From: Podarcis liolepis | Lineage: Eukaryota | Strand: one strand, 5' to 3' | Length of the DNA stretch: 64,000 bases | Assembly: GCA_965112155.1 (NCBI GenBank) | Contig: OZ218107.1 | Part shown: positions 12,201 to 27,200 of the stretch, in pieces | How the letters are laid out: each line of letters opens with the position of its first letter | How positions within the stretch are numbered: position 1 is the first letter of the stretch | Position numbers and translations under genes: made by a program | The notes under the pieces: generated by a model | Seen by the model: only the letters and a program-made list of their open reading frames with translations | Database searches by the model: none | Told to the model about the DNA's origin: nothing

Positions 12201-15200
12201 TAGTTCCATTGTGTGAATTTCTGTATTGAATTTGTACTTCTTAAACAGTTCAGGCACTCTGTAGTCATTTTAAAAAAGCAAAGTGTATAGTTGCGGCAAT
12301 CAGTATATCTGCTCTTAACTGAATTTCTGCTGTGTGAACGTTGCGTTTACTCAACATTCAAACACCAGTATTTTGTCACTTGTTCTCGCCCAATCCCAGC
12401 TTCTCAGTTGAGATTGCCAGGGAAGTGCTTGAATGGAATGCAGTCATAAGTGCATTGTGGGGCTCTTGTTGGATAGTGTCTAGTCACAACCAGGTGGGAG
12501 GGTGGGGATGAGATACAAATTTTAGCCTTGCACAGGGTGCCATATTTTCAAAGTTTGCCCTGCTCGGATGTTGCTTCAGCAGCAGTTAGTCTTAGACTGA
12601 GCCCTATATAGGAGCAGCAGTTTTGTCTCACCTGGAAGTTCCACCTTCACTGAAAGGTGCCTCTTCAGTAAATCATGTTACTGGAATTGAAGGGTGAGAG
12701 TTTGGACTCCTATTTTTCTGGTTTATGTTAGTGACTGGGATCTCTTCTCAGTATCCACATTCAGTGTGTGTGACTGCAAGTTGAGAAGAGGATTTCCCTT
12801 CCTTGCCTAGCAGATTGTACCCCAAGGAATGGGGAACCTGTTAAACACCAACTCCCATCAACCCCAGCGAGCATAGCCAGTGGTCAGGTGTGATGGCAGT
12901 TGTATAGTCTAGCAACATCTGAAGGCCACAGATTTCCCACCAGTGCGGTAGCTCAGCTCACTTGTTCTTTGAACACAAGTGGGTTTCAAGCAACTAAAAG
13001 CTTTTATGGTTGCTTAATAACATATCCGAATTAACTCCTATCCAAGACTTTACCTCATAACTAGATACTTAATCCTTCTAGTGGGCTAAGCCTTCTCCTT
13101 TTAAGTATGAGACTAAACTAGGTGTATTTCTTATTATAATTACTGCCCACATTACGCTTATATTAAAGAATCATGGGAGTCATTCTGTAATTAAGGTGTG
13201 AGACAATCTATTAAAACCACAAATTCTGTTCCTTTATAAAAATCAATATGACTCATACTACCCGTATGAAATTTGAAATGGAGGATTCAGGGAGGGGGGT
13301 GGGCTGCAAGCCTTTCAAAGTTCAGAATGAAAAATCAGGAATATATTTTAATTAATTTCCCTTCCCTAAAGTCTTGTGTGCTGAGTGTTATAATGTTTTT
13401 CATTTGCCACGTTCAATCAATGAAGAAAAGTGTAGTTTGTGTCATATTTACAGAGTGGCAACTGCCACTAGGGGATGCAGTGGGTTTATATTGCTGTGTT
13501 TATAACTGGGACAGGGTTTGGTAGTTTAGTAAGAAGAGAACAGCTATGCAGGACCAGCTCAAGTCAACCTAGGCAAGATAAATCTCTACTGGCCCCCTGC
13601 TTTCCCAAAGGAAAGAGGTTGAACTGAGTGGGAAGCAAAGGATAGGTGGTTGCCGTGTGTAAAAAGAGGCTGAGGAAAAGAGATTTTGCTCAATCTCCTG
13701 GAAGAATAGGAGGTTCTGGCAAAGGGAGATCTGATGATTCTTTTTAAAATTCTGCAGATAAATCACTGGCTTAACCTGTCATGTCAGGATCTTCTCTACG
13801 GTAGAGTAGTCTTGGTAATTACGCCCTAATTATCATTGAGGGGGTAAAATCTCTGAGATGTTCTGTTTCTAAGTGCATGTGGTGAATTGCAGAATCAAAT
13901 GTTCCTCCATCTGAAAAATATTTAAAACCCCATGCAACCTTCTCCCTGATACCTGCTTTTCTATGTGGATGGGATTTATTTGTATCCTAAAATATTCAAC
14001 ACGCGAGTTTCCACTTGGAAGTGGTACATCTCAGATATTCTACTAACGCTTTGAGAACTAGGATGCTTTTATGCCTATGTGTGTTGGACAGCTGTATGTT
14101 GCAGTAATTTAATTAGATATTTTGTACATACATTAGATATTTTGGTGGGCTTGTGGAGGATCCAGCCTGTATGGTTGTATACCTATATGGTTGAAGCCTT
14201 TGGGATTTTATATCCCAGCAAGTATTTTATATAAAATGGAGCTGACCTTCTAGGTAGTTCAGCCAGTTTGGGCAATCATTTGCCAATAAGCTCCAGCATA
14301 AACATTACAAAAAGAAAAGGAAGATGTTCCACAGAGTCTACCTCTTGGTTATTATGAGTAAAAGCCACACTGTGTTTAAATACATGCATATTCCTAAAAT
14401 ACTCCTAAAATAAGCAGCTAACTGAAAAGGAGCATAATAAAAAAGTCTAAGGAACAAGATGAGCAGGTTGCGGATGGGTAAGCCAAAAGGTCTGGAAAAG
14501 AAATATCCCATAGAATTTGCTTTACCCAAACTTTTGCTTTGCATTTTGCCCTATACTTAAGAGTATGGTACATTATATGGCTTTATTTTGGTCTTATCTC
14601 TGGTCTGTTAACCACAATAAATTTATGGTGAATATTTTAATATTGAGAGTGTGATATTTTCCAAGAGCAGAACAGAATCACTACTGATGGAAAAACAGAA
14701 GAAATTTGCACTTTCACAGTGAAGTCTCTAGAGGGCAATGTAGCAGTATTGAAAGATTTAAAAAGTGGGGGCTTTGAAGCAACATGGCATGACATTTTAG
14801 AATGTGCAATTCTTATTAACAAAAAGACAGCAGTATCTCAAAAATAAACAGGTATGTTTTCTTAGATTGGAAGTTGATCCTCTATAAAAGCTATACTCTT
14901 TTGGGATTGAATCTATGAATGGGTGTTATGATGTTTTGGGTATTACTTAAGCTGTTAATTAAAACGTGTACAACTCTAAGACATAACTTTTTCAATTTTT
15001 GAACATGGAAGGATCTGTCCAGTTTGTTGGTACCACTATTTGGTTAGCTTTAGAAATTTAATATTGGGAATGTTTGGTCTAAAGGTTATAGGAAGATGTG
15101 ATTAATAGTATAGGAAGAACTGAAAATGCTGCACACAAAAAATTCTGAAATTGATATGGGAAGAAGTTTTATAGACCTCTGGATTGGGAAGCAGCTGTGT

Positions 15201-18200
15201 TCATAGGCTTGTGCCTGAAATGATATTTTAAAGTTATCAGAGTGGCATGGGATGACCACATGGGGCAGCAAATCCCATTTTACTCTTAATAACACTGGAA
15301 GACATTCATATGTCTTTACTCATGAAATGTTGTAGGGAGTGAGGAATAGCATGTCCATTTTGAAGACTAATGTGTCCACCCTGATCTTCCCCCTCTTATA
15401 TCCAGTGCATCCCTTCCCTCAAATCCCACCATTTGTGTGAAGCCATTGGTGTAAGCCTCTCATTCCCATGCCATGCTGTAACTTGGCCTAAGCTCAACAA
15501 CTCCGGGGCATCCTCCCCCCCCCCAAAAGCTCAACTCTGGTAGACCACTGCCAGCTTTTTTAAATTGGAAGTAGATCGCAGTGTCTTGGGAATTGGACTG
15601 GCCTCCTATATACCCTGCCTTCGGTTTGTTCCCCTCCTTTGCTTCTCCTCGTGCATGGACCTGTACTCTGTAAAACACCGTGTGCAGTGAATAATTAATT
15701 AATAATCCTCTTTGTTTTTCAGGTGTGGTAACAAACAATGATGAAGCTCATGTTCTGAGTCCAGGAAAGATGAGCCAGCGTCAAGGAAAAGAAGGCTATC
15801 TTACTCCAACCAAAGATCTACAGCAGCCATCATTTAGTCCAGGAACAGTCCATGGCCATGGTAAGAAGCATTTCATTAGATGACTGGAATGTCAAACTGG
15901 ATAAAGGGTGGAATTCAACCTAGCCCTAAATAGATTGTTTCATCAGCAGAAGCTTTTCTGCTTGTCTGATTGAATAATCCCCTCCTCTCCCATTGTCCCA
16001 TGCTATTCTGGGAGTTCTCCCAACCTTCCAGAGCAGATCTGGGATAAGAGGAGGGAGGAAAGCTTCATTGTACCAATGGGAGCCCATACACAGGCTTCCA
16101 CAGCCCATAATGTCTTCAATAGTTACTGCAGCTCTTGCAGCAAATGTGTTCATCTACATGTCAGTAAAAACTGTTTAAAAATGTGGAATCCTTTGGATGA
16201 GCTGAAAATTGTTCTGTGTTCTTTGTCTCTCATCTGGTTCAGAAAATAATTTCTTACCTTAATAAATGTGTAAGTTTATATCTTCCCTTTTCAGTCTGCT
16301 GTTTAAGGTTGCATTTGTATGCATGTTAAAAGCATTTGTAAGACAGTTTTGTACACCATTAATGGCTATTCAGATTTCTGATTTTAAAAAATAGAATGAA
16401 GAGTCAAAAGGTTAAAAATTGGAATTTGTGCTTTGTACTGCCTGAAATTCCTTGCAGTTTGTGAATAGTTTCCACTCTTGCAATTCAGATTTGAATTGAT
16501 TAGAATGATTCTTAATAACAGAGAACACCAATTGGTTGAATTAATACCCTCTACATAAATTAGGGGGTGGGACCAGATATTGGTGGATTACAAATATACT
16601 CATTCCTTACCATTGAACTACCATTGACTGGGATGATGGGAAATGTCATCCAGTAACATTTGGAGGCTTGCAGATTAGTCTGCCCTTTGCTAAATAGTGT
16701 TCTCCTGTTCGTGCTTGCATGATCTCTGTCAGAGTAAACATACTGTAGGCTGTAAGGCTGCTATTCTGTGCACACTTACCTAGGAACAAGCCTCACTGCC
16801 CAAAATAACACTTCTGAGAAAATGCTAAGGATTTGGGCTGTAAATGCAATTCTACTTTTGGGGAATCTTTTCAGCTTTCTGATGCACAGATTGATAAAGA
16901 GAGAAACCTTAACTTGTGCTGTTGTGCTGCTCATTTTTTGTAGCAGAGATTATGCTTGCCAGGTTTCCAGGCCAAATGCAAGCTGAATAAACTACCAAGA
17001 AAATGGAAATATTTCAAATTTTCTAATTCCAATTACTATAGTTTTTGTTTCTTATCAAAATCATAGTGAGATGGGTTGTAAAGCAGCATTATGACGATTT
17101 TAGAGAATACTAAGCTTGAATGTGTTTGGTGCCATTACTTGCCCTTTCTTCCTTTTATCAGTTGTCACTACTAGCCCCTATGGCTAGTTACCCGTGGCTT
17201 TTATGGCAAGTTGTCTGTAGAATAATGTGTGTGTGCATATTGTTGTAAACTTATGCAGCCTTTTGGGGCAAAACTTGAAGAGAATGGGCAGGTAAAGCAA
17301 GCTGAATTTGGTATATAGAAAGTTGCAAGTTGGTTGTTTCTTTCTTCCTGTAACATTTCAGATTACTTAGAACAGCGATAGTCAACATTGTGCTCTCCAG
17401 AGATTGTTAGACTCCAACTCCCAAAAGCAGCGTCCAGCATGACCAGTAGACAGGGATGATGAGTGTTGTAGTCCAACAACATCTGGAGGGTTCCATGTTG
17501 GCATCCCTGACCTGTATTATAATTTATTTGTAGCGTTCATCATGGTTCATTATTCTTAAATAACGACAACTGTTTTGTCCCAGCAACCTGGTCTGAAACT
17601 CATTGTGTTGCTTAAGCATTTCCTGAGTGAGGACACTTCCAGTCTGTTGCCATTTTCAGGTGACCCTTCCAAGTCTACAATTCCATGATTCTTCTTTTCA
17701 AAGCTGTTTCTTTCTTCTTCACTCTGCCTTGGCACAGCCCCATCCTCACAAAAACAGAGTATCAAACAAAAAGGAAATGCCTGTGAGTGATAGGTCGAAG
17801 TAGGGCTTGATATTTACTGAGCAAACCAGAACAATTTGTTTTCATGAGATGAAAATGAAATGCCTGTGTAAATATTAACATTTGAGAAGTGATCAAATTG
17901 GTTCATCACTTACATACAGACGCCTCCTTAAACTATGTCTCTGGCAGAGGTATTGATGAGTTGAGATGTAAACTATATAGTTAACATCCTTATACCATAT
18001 GATACCAAAATTTAATATTACCATACTTAATTAAAGGAAATTTAGTATTCACAACATTTTGTGAAAATGTCATTCTGACATAATTTTTTAAAAAATTCAT
18101 TGAAAAAATACTAATCATTTATTTTTATTCCCCCTGCTTTTGGTCCCTGGATCCTCTGGGACTGACTTAGAGCCGTAGGAAGGACACACAGCCATATACA

Positions 18201-21200
18201 TATGGATACTCAAGTTCATATGGAGAAACGTGGTTGCTTTATTAACAGGCTCTCACAGCTTAGAGATGAAGTAAACATCTGCCAATTTTGCAGAATTGTA
18301 TCCTCAATGTCATACAACTTTCCAAGTGGTACAGTCCAAGGGAAGATTACATCTATTCACCTTCCACTGCATTGTAACATTCCCAGATCCAGTGACATGT
18401 CTCATTTTTGTAACCACCCTCCCTGTGTTTCCCTCTTTAGATTGCAAATTCACTTGTGAGACCAATTATGTTCTCCTACCCAAAATGGCAGGGCCCCCCT
18501 TCCCCTCTATCCACGGTACTTTCATGGGATATCCTATAAGCTTTTTATTTGCCGCTGCTCTCAGAATAGGTCATTTTTGGATCCATGCATTATGGAAGAA
18601 CTAACTTTGCTCCTCCCCACAGTAGTGGGAGCCAAAGGGGAATGCTGTGTTCTCAGAGGGTAGTTTCATTTCAGTTCCTTCAACCATGCTAAGCTTATTC
18701 TTTGGTGAAATCCATGTTTACAGATAGCAGGACAACTGGGTTTACTGAGAACAGCTGTATTGGTGTTTATGTGCTGGAAGTTTTCATTTTCTGTTACATT
18801 CCTCTCAAGACGGTTTGGTATCTAGACACTCACAAGTGTCATTTGTGCATTGGTATTTTTGATTTGTTAAGTACAAGAAAGGCTGATCAAGTCCTCCAGG
18901 ATTGTTACAGACTCTGAGGCAGTACCATACTTTTTCAAATTCAAGTATTGCTAGCTTACTGTGGAAGGAAGGCTGAATGTAGTCTTGTAAGAGAAAAATA
19001 GAGCTGATGTTCATTGGTTCTTGTTTGCAAGCTTTTTTTCCTCTGACTACTTTATTATTTTTAATCAAATCAAAGCACATGCCACATTTTAAGGGCACTT
19101 TTTCTTTAGCGCCAGCATAATCAATTCAGCACCATATTGTGAAAACCATGGATTTCCCTGTCTGATAATCCAGCTGAGTCAAAACAACCTTGATCTGCAT
19201 CAGAAAAAAAATAATCAAGTGCAGGACCAAGCACTGTTCTGCAACCTTTTATGGATCACATGAATTGAGTTTGTGATTTATAGGGCACAGTTTGAGGACA
19301 TCTACATCAACTCTTGCCACTATCTGCTTTTCAGCATTGGACCTTTTGATTGCATTTAATACAACAAAAACTGATGTTTGGAACCGACTTGACACAATTC
19401 TGATTCTTCAGAACAATAAACAACTTGAAGTTAAAAGCTGGCAATGTGGATTCAACTCTGACTTATTGTTACACATGATGTGGCAATGCCAGTAGTGGCT
19501 TTCTTCTTAGAAGAGATGTGCTTTCAGATAAATCATGTGAAAACTGGTCTAAGATTCTCCTACATGAATCTCTCTCTAAAATATTGAGTGGTCTGAGGCC
19601 TTTCAGAAGCCCACAAGAGGTAGATGTTCATGCCCTGCTATAGTTAAAATGGCTAGCACTCCAATACTTGAAGAACAAATCCTCTGCATCTGCTTACCAA
19701 AGAGTAGAAGTCTTGAGTGCTGCATCCTTTTGAGTGCATGGCATACCACCACCCATTGTCTCATAGGTACCTCTTCAATTCTGTGAACAGTTTTTTTCTT
19801 GTTGTAACTATTTTTGGCTCCTTTCCCCTGATAAGTGAACTCTTACTCTTCTTCCTTCCTTCCTTTCTATTGGATTTGTTTATTTGTGTCCTGTTTGTTT
19901 TATAAAAATATTGGAAATAAATATGACAGTAAACTTAAATTCTAAAATGTTAATTTCTGTTGGTCTCCTGTTTAAGTTTTTCTTAGAGATTGTGGCTGCT
20001 CAACTAACCATTTTGACCTTCTCTAATACATTACGTAGGCAGGAACATTCATATCGCTACTGTACAGCTGATGTCCAACATTTTAGACAACTATGTTTGT
20101 AAAATGCCTGCGTATATATTGCTATTTTTAAATTGGTAAACATTTATCAAGCTAGCAGAAAGCCAGCTCCATCTACTATATGGAAATTAAGAACAGTTTA
20201 TAGTTGATTCACATGTCTTTGAATGTAGTGCAATGCCTTTGAGTCATTACATGTTGCCGCATTTTCAATCTCAACAACCTCTGTACATACATATCTGACT
20301 GGTCTATAATGTAACACAGCAGCTCATTGACTAAAGTGTATTTTGCATTCTAAGTGAAGAAAATGATTTTACTGTGAGTAGAATTGTGGGTGCCAAGGGA
20401 TAAGGGAACAGTCCTTTAACTGGTAGGAACAACAGACCTAAGGAATTCTTACAGTATTGTAGTTTTGGGTCAATCTGTCTAACAGTACTATAGGGGAATG
20501 GAATGGAATGTGTTTTTTGTCAAATGTAGGTATTTGGGGAAATTTTATTTAAGGACTTTGTATGCCACCATTTCATTAAAAATATCAGGCTGTCTACACT
20601 CTAAAACATAGAAGATCAGAATTTAAAATACATATGCAGATAATCATTCAGGTGACAGACTAATAAAAAGTAAACAACTGTAGGCACAAAACATCTCTGT
20701 TGGAACAGTGTTCCATGGACTAGCAACACTAAATGTTCTAACTGTAGTCAGTCAGTCCTTTGTAACATTGGGGACAATTAACAGTGCTCCTCCAGATGAT
20801 TTCAGTGGTTCTGATGGTACACTGGACCCAATTCTTTAAGGGCTTTGTACAGGCAACTCGCAACTTATGTGGGGGGGATCTTGTTCCAGGGATAGCACAT
20901 AAAGCCAAAATCACATGCAACTCAAAAGATTTTCACCAGTTCCTAGAAAAGTGTGAAAACTATTTTAAATACCTCCCTTTTTCCTTTCAACTTGATGTTT
21001 TATTTCCTCAAACCCCAGAACATTGGGGCAAAGCATTGGACTAGAATATTTTTCATTTTCCTTTCAAACCATTATATCTTACTTTGATTGGGGGAGGGGG
21101 ACATCCGTGTATTGTACCAGTACATGTTTCTGTGCTTGCACAGTGTAAAATCCATTCACCACTAAAACATATGAAGGTGGTATCCACACGTCCTGTGACA

Positions 21201-24200
21201 TGTACAGTTCATAAGCTTTCTGCAGCTCTAACTATTCCATTCTTCTCAGATGGGATCCCTTTCATATACGGCTCTTTAAAAGATTGCCACCTTATGGTTT
21301 TTTTTGTTGATAATGACGGGAGTGGAACCAAGTTACAGAGTAGTCATTTAGATGCTGTGCAATACAGAATGGAGCATTTCAGACACGGCACAGCAAGGAT
21401 CTTGGATTTCAGCTTTTTCTTAATTTTGTAATTAAGGTTACCAAGACCTGCACTTTAGTAGCAGTAGTACTATATATATATATATGAATCAAATCAAATC
21501 AGGCTGCAGTTTCCCTTGCCTCACTGGGTGACAGGGCAACGCAATGGTAGATGAGAAAAAACAGTGTAAGTACATTGTAACAAAAGTCTAAACTGAGTCA
21601 AACACAAGTTTATAGAATTACACATGGTTTGGAGGAAGTAGATAGAGAAAAGTTTTTCTCATTACTCTAGAACTCCTGGACATTCAGTGAAGCTGAATGT
21701 TGGAAGATTTGGGACAGACAAAAGAAAGTACTGCATGCAGCACACTATGGAACTAGCCCCTACAGGAGGCAGTGATGGACACCAACCTAACAGAAGATTA
21801 GACAAATTCATGGAGGAGAGGGCTATTAATAGCTGCTAGCTATGATGGCTACGCTTTGCCTCCACAGTTGGAGGTAGTAATGTTACTAAATACCAGTTGC
21901 TGGAAACTACCGGAGGGGAGAATCCTGCTTGCAGGTTTCCCACAGGCATCCGGTTGGCTGCTGTGAGAACATAATGCCATTGGCTTAATCCGGCAGGCTC
22001 TTCTTACGTTCTTATACCATGCCTCATATTCTATCTAACCCCCCCTTCATGGTAAGCAAGCTCTCTGTGGGTCATTTGGGGATTGTCTGTTTTGCTGAAA
22101 CGGTCTAAACTAGTTTTAAAGTATCTACCAGAATGCATTGAGCAGAATTGTGTGTGTTGTGTCCAACCATTTTGATTGGGTATTAGCAGAGGAACCCTAT
22201 GTGTTAAGAGGCATCTGAATATGCACAGAGCAGTGGCAAGGCTGCTGCTGAGATCCTGTTTTCCTCTCTATATGTATTTGTTCACCCTGGATATATAATT
22301 AGAATAGAGCTTTTTGTCTTGGCTTATTGTTCTCTTGTTGTAAAGAAAGGACCTGTCAACAAATCTTTCTTTAGGAATTTTTGGCCAGTTTGACCCATTT
22401 GAGCCTAATCTGTTGTCCTTGTAATTCAGAGGTCTTGCTTGGGATAAAATAACTGAAACCTGAGTAGTCAACAAGTGTGTGGGAGGAGCTGTGGAACAGA
22501 GCAGTTTGAGATGCAAGCTGCTTTTATAAAAAGTGCCTGAGCTGTAACCCGGTGTACAGAGAGGAACTGCTTCAGGAGAAATTTAGATTGCATTGATTCT
22601 GTCAACCTTGGGGATACTGGTTTTTGGGTTGTAAAACAGTTTGCCATTCTTGTAATATACAGTTGTTTTGTGTTTTGGATTTCCATTCATGTGAGTTGGA
22701 GACACATCTCTAAAGGCAAGTATATCTCTAAATATATTTTAAGTTGGATTGCATATTACACAGCAGTAGCTTGATAGCTACTAGCAGCTGACTTTGTTTT
22801 CCAAACAAACTCATTGCATGAGGAAGGTCACATGTTGCACATAGATGTAGGTAATGCAGATTTAATTACAGGTTTCTTTCTTATGGTAGGTTTGTTGATG
22901 TAATAAGTTTGTGTGTTGTAGTGTTTAATCATATTAACCAGAAAAGTGGCTTGACAGTAGTGGGACTAATAAGCTGACTCTCCACAACACCACCACCTCA
23001 GGATGAACACAGAGTCACAAATTGATTTTGTGAGCTGTCTTGGATATCTAACACATTCTAATATCTGTTGCTGTTACAGCAGCAAAAGGATTAATTTTGG
23101 GGGGCCGGTTTCAAAAAGCCCTTATATTTCAAGTTGAGCATATGTCAAAGTTATGTCCTATTTTGCTCTTATTTCAGCTTATGTTTATTATTTTGAAGTA
23201 GAAAATTTGCATTTTTAACATGCAATTGAATTTTAATGTATTTCTAGATTAAAATTCATTGATAGCCAAATTAATGAGTGCGGCATATGTATAGCAATAT
23301 GCCATGTTACAGTACAATTAGCGCTATATGTTAAAATAACTAGTACTGATAGAATTCAAACCCATCTGAATAGCTGTCGGGAACAGAGCACCAAATATAT
23401 TTTGAAAATGAGCAATGATGTTTAATTTCAATAGTTTAAAAGCATCAGTTATTGGGAAACAACTAGGAGGAAGAGTTGTTGTACTCACGACTTGTTTGTA
23501 GACTTCTAGTCAGCCGCCGTGAGAACAGAATACTGGATTAGGTAGACTTTTTATCTGTTCCAACAAGGCTCTTTAATTATTCCTGTAATAATAATAATGA
23601 CTAAAATCATGCTGAATATCAAAACTGGTAATGTTCAGTAATGACCCCCTAGGGAATAATTTTTGGAAGCTGTTCTTTTAGATACAAATAAGCAATGAAC
23701 CATAATATGTGAATGTTATTTCTGCGTAACTGAAAACCAAAAAAGTCTATAAATACATCAGAAACTCTCAACATTTTCAGCTACACTGATTTTTGTAATA
23801 CTTAAAGGGAGAAACAAAAGGACAAAGAAAGATCAGTTACTTAAGCTTAGTGTTCTAGCCAAATGGTTAAAGTGATTTTTGTGGCAAAGCTCATGCCAAG
23901 AGAGTGACTTAGCAATGCTGAATACCTTTGTAATAACCTTACTTTGTATATGACACCAAAATGACTCTTCTTGTTAGGTATTCTGCATCAGTGTTGCTCA
24001 CCCCCATAGCCAAGACTCTTGTTCTTGATCTTCTTAGCTACAGTCTTGTAGCGAAGAATCTCCATCAGTTCAATTTTTGTGCAAGTACCAGGCAGTGTTG
24101 GGTGGGCATTCCCAAAGCAGGACTTGCAGACATCAGGGTCTGCAGTTCCATGCCCTGATTACCTGCAACGGCTGTTTCCCAGTCACATAACTCCTCACCC

Positions 24201-27200
24201 AAGTGAGTGGTGGCACTTCTGTATGGGGGCTGCTTAGCTCCCATATCCTTTCAAAGTGGGCGTTATAGAATCACCCAAATTCATTGTGGTTCCAATACAG
24301 AAATGCCACTTCCACCTGCTCTGGCAAGGACATGGGGGCAGTGGGTTAAGACATGGGGGTAGGGGGAGGTGAAAGTAATGAGGGGGAGGGGAGGGAAAGT
24401 TGGAGGAGGGAAAGGAGTGACCATGATTGGTACAGTCATGATAGAGTTGATGGGGAAGATTCTGAGAGGGTTTTTTTTGGGGGGGGGGGAGTTAATCTGG
24501 AGAGGGTGATCTTAAGTGGGAGGCAGTCATTTTGTGAATGGTTATGCATCAATAGCAGTGATTTTGTGGTTGTACCCTTGTCAGTTTTTCAAAATTCTGA
24601 ATGTGTCCTCAGGCCCAAAAATGATTAGGGAACCCTGGTATAAGGCTTTGAAAGTAATGGCTAACACATTTTGATTATTTTCACTGATCGCCTTCTGTAT
24701 TCATAGTCTTAATGACCCTGCAATCCTTACAATTTCTTTGCTCTTTGGGCTTCATTAGAATCTTGTATGGTTTTGTCTCACTGGCTGAACAATACCATCT
24801 TAATAGTGAACCTGAATTTTCAAGGTAGTAGTCACCAGAGTGGTTGAAGGGTTCCCCCTCCCCTGTTTTCTTTTACCAACAACCACTACAAATGTTTTTT
24901 ACTTGAAACAGATTATTTCTGTGTATACAATAATTGACACCCATTTGTTTTTTCCAGTATCCTGTGCAGAAACTATACTGTCAATTGTGTTTTCTGTGGA
25001 GTTTAACCATGCCTCAGTTGCATTTTAACGAGGTTTTGGAACAGTAGCCTATTTTCTTATAGCACAATCCTAACCATGTCTACTTAAAAGTATGTCCTAT
25101 TGAATTTAAGGGGGCTTACTCCCAGATAAGTGTAGTTAGGATTGCAGCCTTAAATGATCCAATGGTAAGATAACTTGTTTTTTGGTTCCTGAAACTTTGC
25201 ATTGCTTAAGTCGCCATGTTTCAGTATTTAAATCTTGTACTTTTACTGGAGTAAACTGGTGCACATATAAATGTAACAAATAAAATAATAATTGTTAAGT
25301 AGCTATCATTGTTGATTACCTTCTTGAATTTACCTTGGAGGAGCATCGATGATTATTTTTGCTGCTCTGCATGCATCTCTGTCTCAAATTGCTGTTCTTC
25401 TGGCTCTTTCTTCAGTTTGTCCCCTGCCAGACCACAAGATGGAGGGTGCTTTATCTTTACTATTTGTAATGAAGATTTTTCAAAATACTAACCCTTTCCC
25501 TAAAACATTATATTTAATTGCATTGAACAGGCAGCATATAAATGTCAAAGAATGAAATAAGTTTTGTTGTGAAAGAGTGCTGAGCCCGTTTTCTCCTCTA
25601 GAATCTTATGACTGCTGTGAGGTTCTTATGCCTTTCAATGCACCATGCATGAGTAAGAAGTATGAATTAACAGAGGAAGTAGCAAAAATAATAATCAAAA
25701 AATCCCAAGAATGGATGTTTGCCAAAAGCTGTGTGTTGTGGGTTATGGGAAAGAATAATAGAATATTGTTGGCACTGAAATGTGTTTCCACAGTGTAAAA
25801 AACAGTCTGCAAAGAGAACCATCATATTGACATAGGAATATGCAGTGGAAACAAATCACATTGCACTTTGTTCCTGCTGCCTTCCTGATGTAGAGAGTGC
25901 TCAGGAGGGTGGGGCAGCAAAAGAGGAAGGGGAGATAGAGATCAATAAAGAGATCAGGAAGAAGAAAAAGATAGATAGTGAGGAAGTTAGGCCTGGGAAT
26001 TTGGAGCAGGGATATAAGGAAAGGGGGAAAGATATGTAGGATTTTGATATAAGGCTGATATAAAAAAGCCTAGACAATGGAAATTGATACAAGGAGGATA
26101 TATGTAAAAGTTCACCACTTTATACCTGACAAATTTATTTATTTATTTAATAAATAAATAAAAACTAAGTTTGGGCAGTAGTGTTCCACTATCAGCTTTG
26201 GCCTGGAGATTTAAAAGTGGCATATTTGTGTCCTTGATGAACTGTTTCAGACTTCAAGTGAGGGCTCACGTGGTGGGAAGTTGCTCAAGTTTAAAAAACA
26301 CACACACACCTTGCCTATAGAAAGTTAGATGTTGCAAAGAAGGATTACAGTATAGCTTTGCCCCTGGTATGGTGCCTTTCTGTGTGTCAGAATTTTTTGT
26401 CATAATGGAACATTCCATCTTGCAAGTAAGTCTGTTTCTACAGCTAAAAGCAGAACATCACAGGCATGTATATATCTCGGCAAAACTAGGTCCGAGTGCA
26501 AACTGCCTTTCCAAGCAGGCATGCCAAATCACCAAGTGATTAGAGACCTCTTTAAGCAGAAATAAGCTACAGTAATAGGGATTAGTATGAGTGTTCAACA
26601 TGTGATGCCTGGGGGAAAATCTGTAGAAAATATTGGTGCTGTAGCATAGATGTAAAAAAACAACCAAACCACAACAACCCTCTGCTTCAGAATATTGAAT
26701 CAAAATTACATTACTTAATAACGATTATGCTTTCTCACCAGATATCTTCTGATTCATGTTTATCTATAATAATAATAATAATTTATTACTTGTACCCCAC
26801 ATCTTGACTGGATTGGCCCAGCCACTCTGGGCAGCTTCCAATAGAATATAAAACATACACGATACACCAGACATGAAAAGCTTCCTGATAGAGGGCTGCC
26901 TTCAGGATATCTATTGGAGGTTGTACAATTTGTTATCTCTTTGACATCTGATAGGAGGGTATTCCATAGGGTGGGTGCCACTACCAAGAAGGTCCTCTGC
27001 CTGGTTCCCTGTAACTTCACTTCTCACAATGGGGGAACCGCCAGAAGGCCCTTGGAGCCTGGACCTAAGTGTCCGGGCTGAACCATGGGGGTGGAGACCC
27101 TGTTTTTTTGAGTAGTTAAACCATATGACAGATTTGGGGTGCACTCCTTGTTGAATGTTTACCATCCATTAGTTTTTGCATGGCTAACAAGCGTATTATA

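Noticed and set aside
24350-24495. G-rich tract, possible G-quadruplex
   Set aside because: It is low-complexity purine sequence with irregular loops and no functional context.
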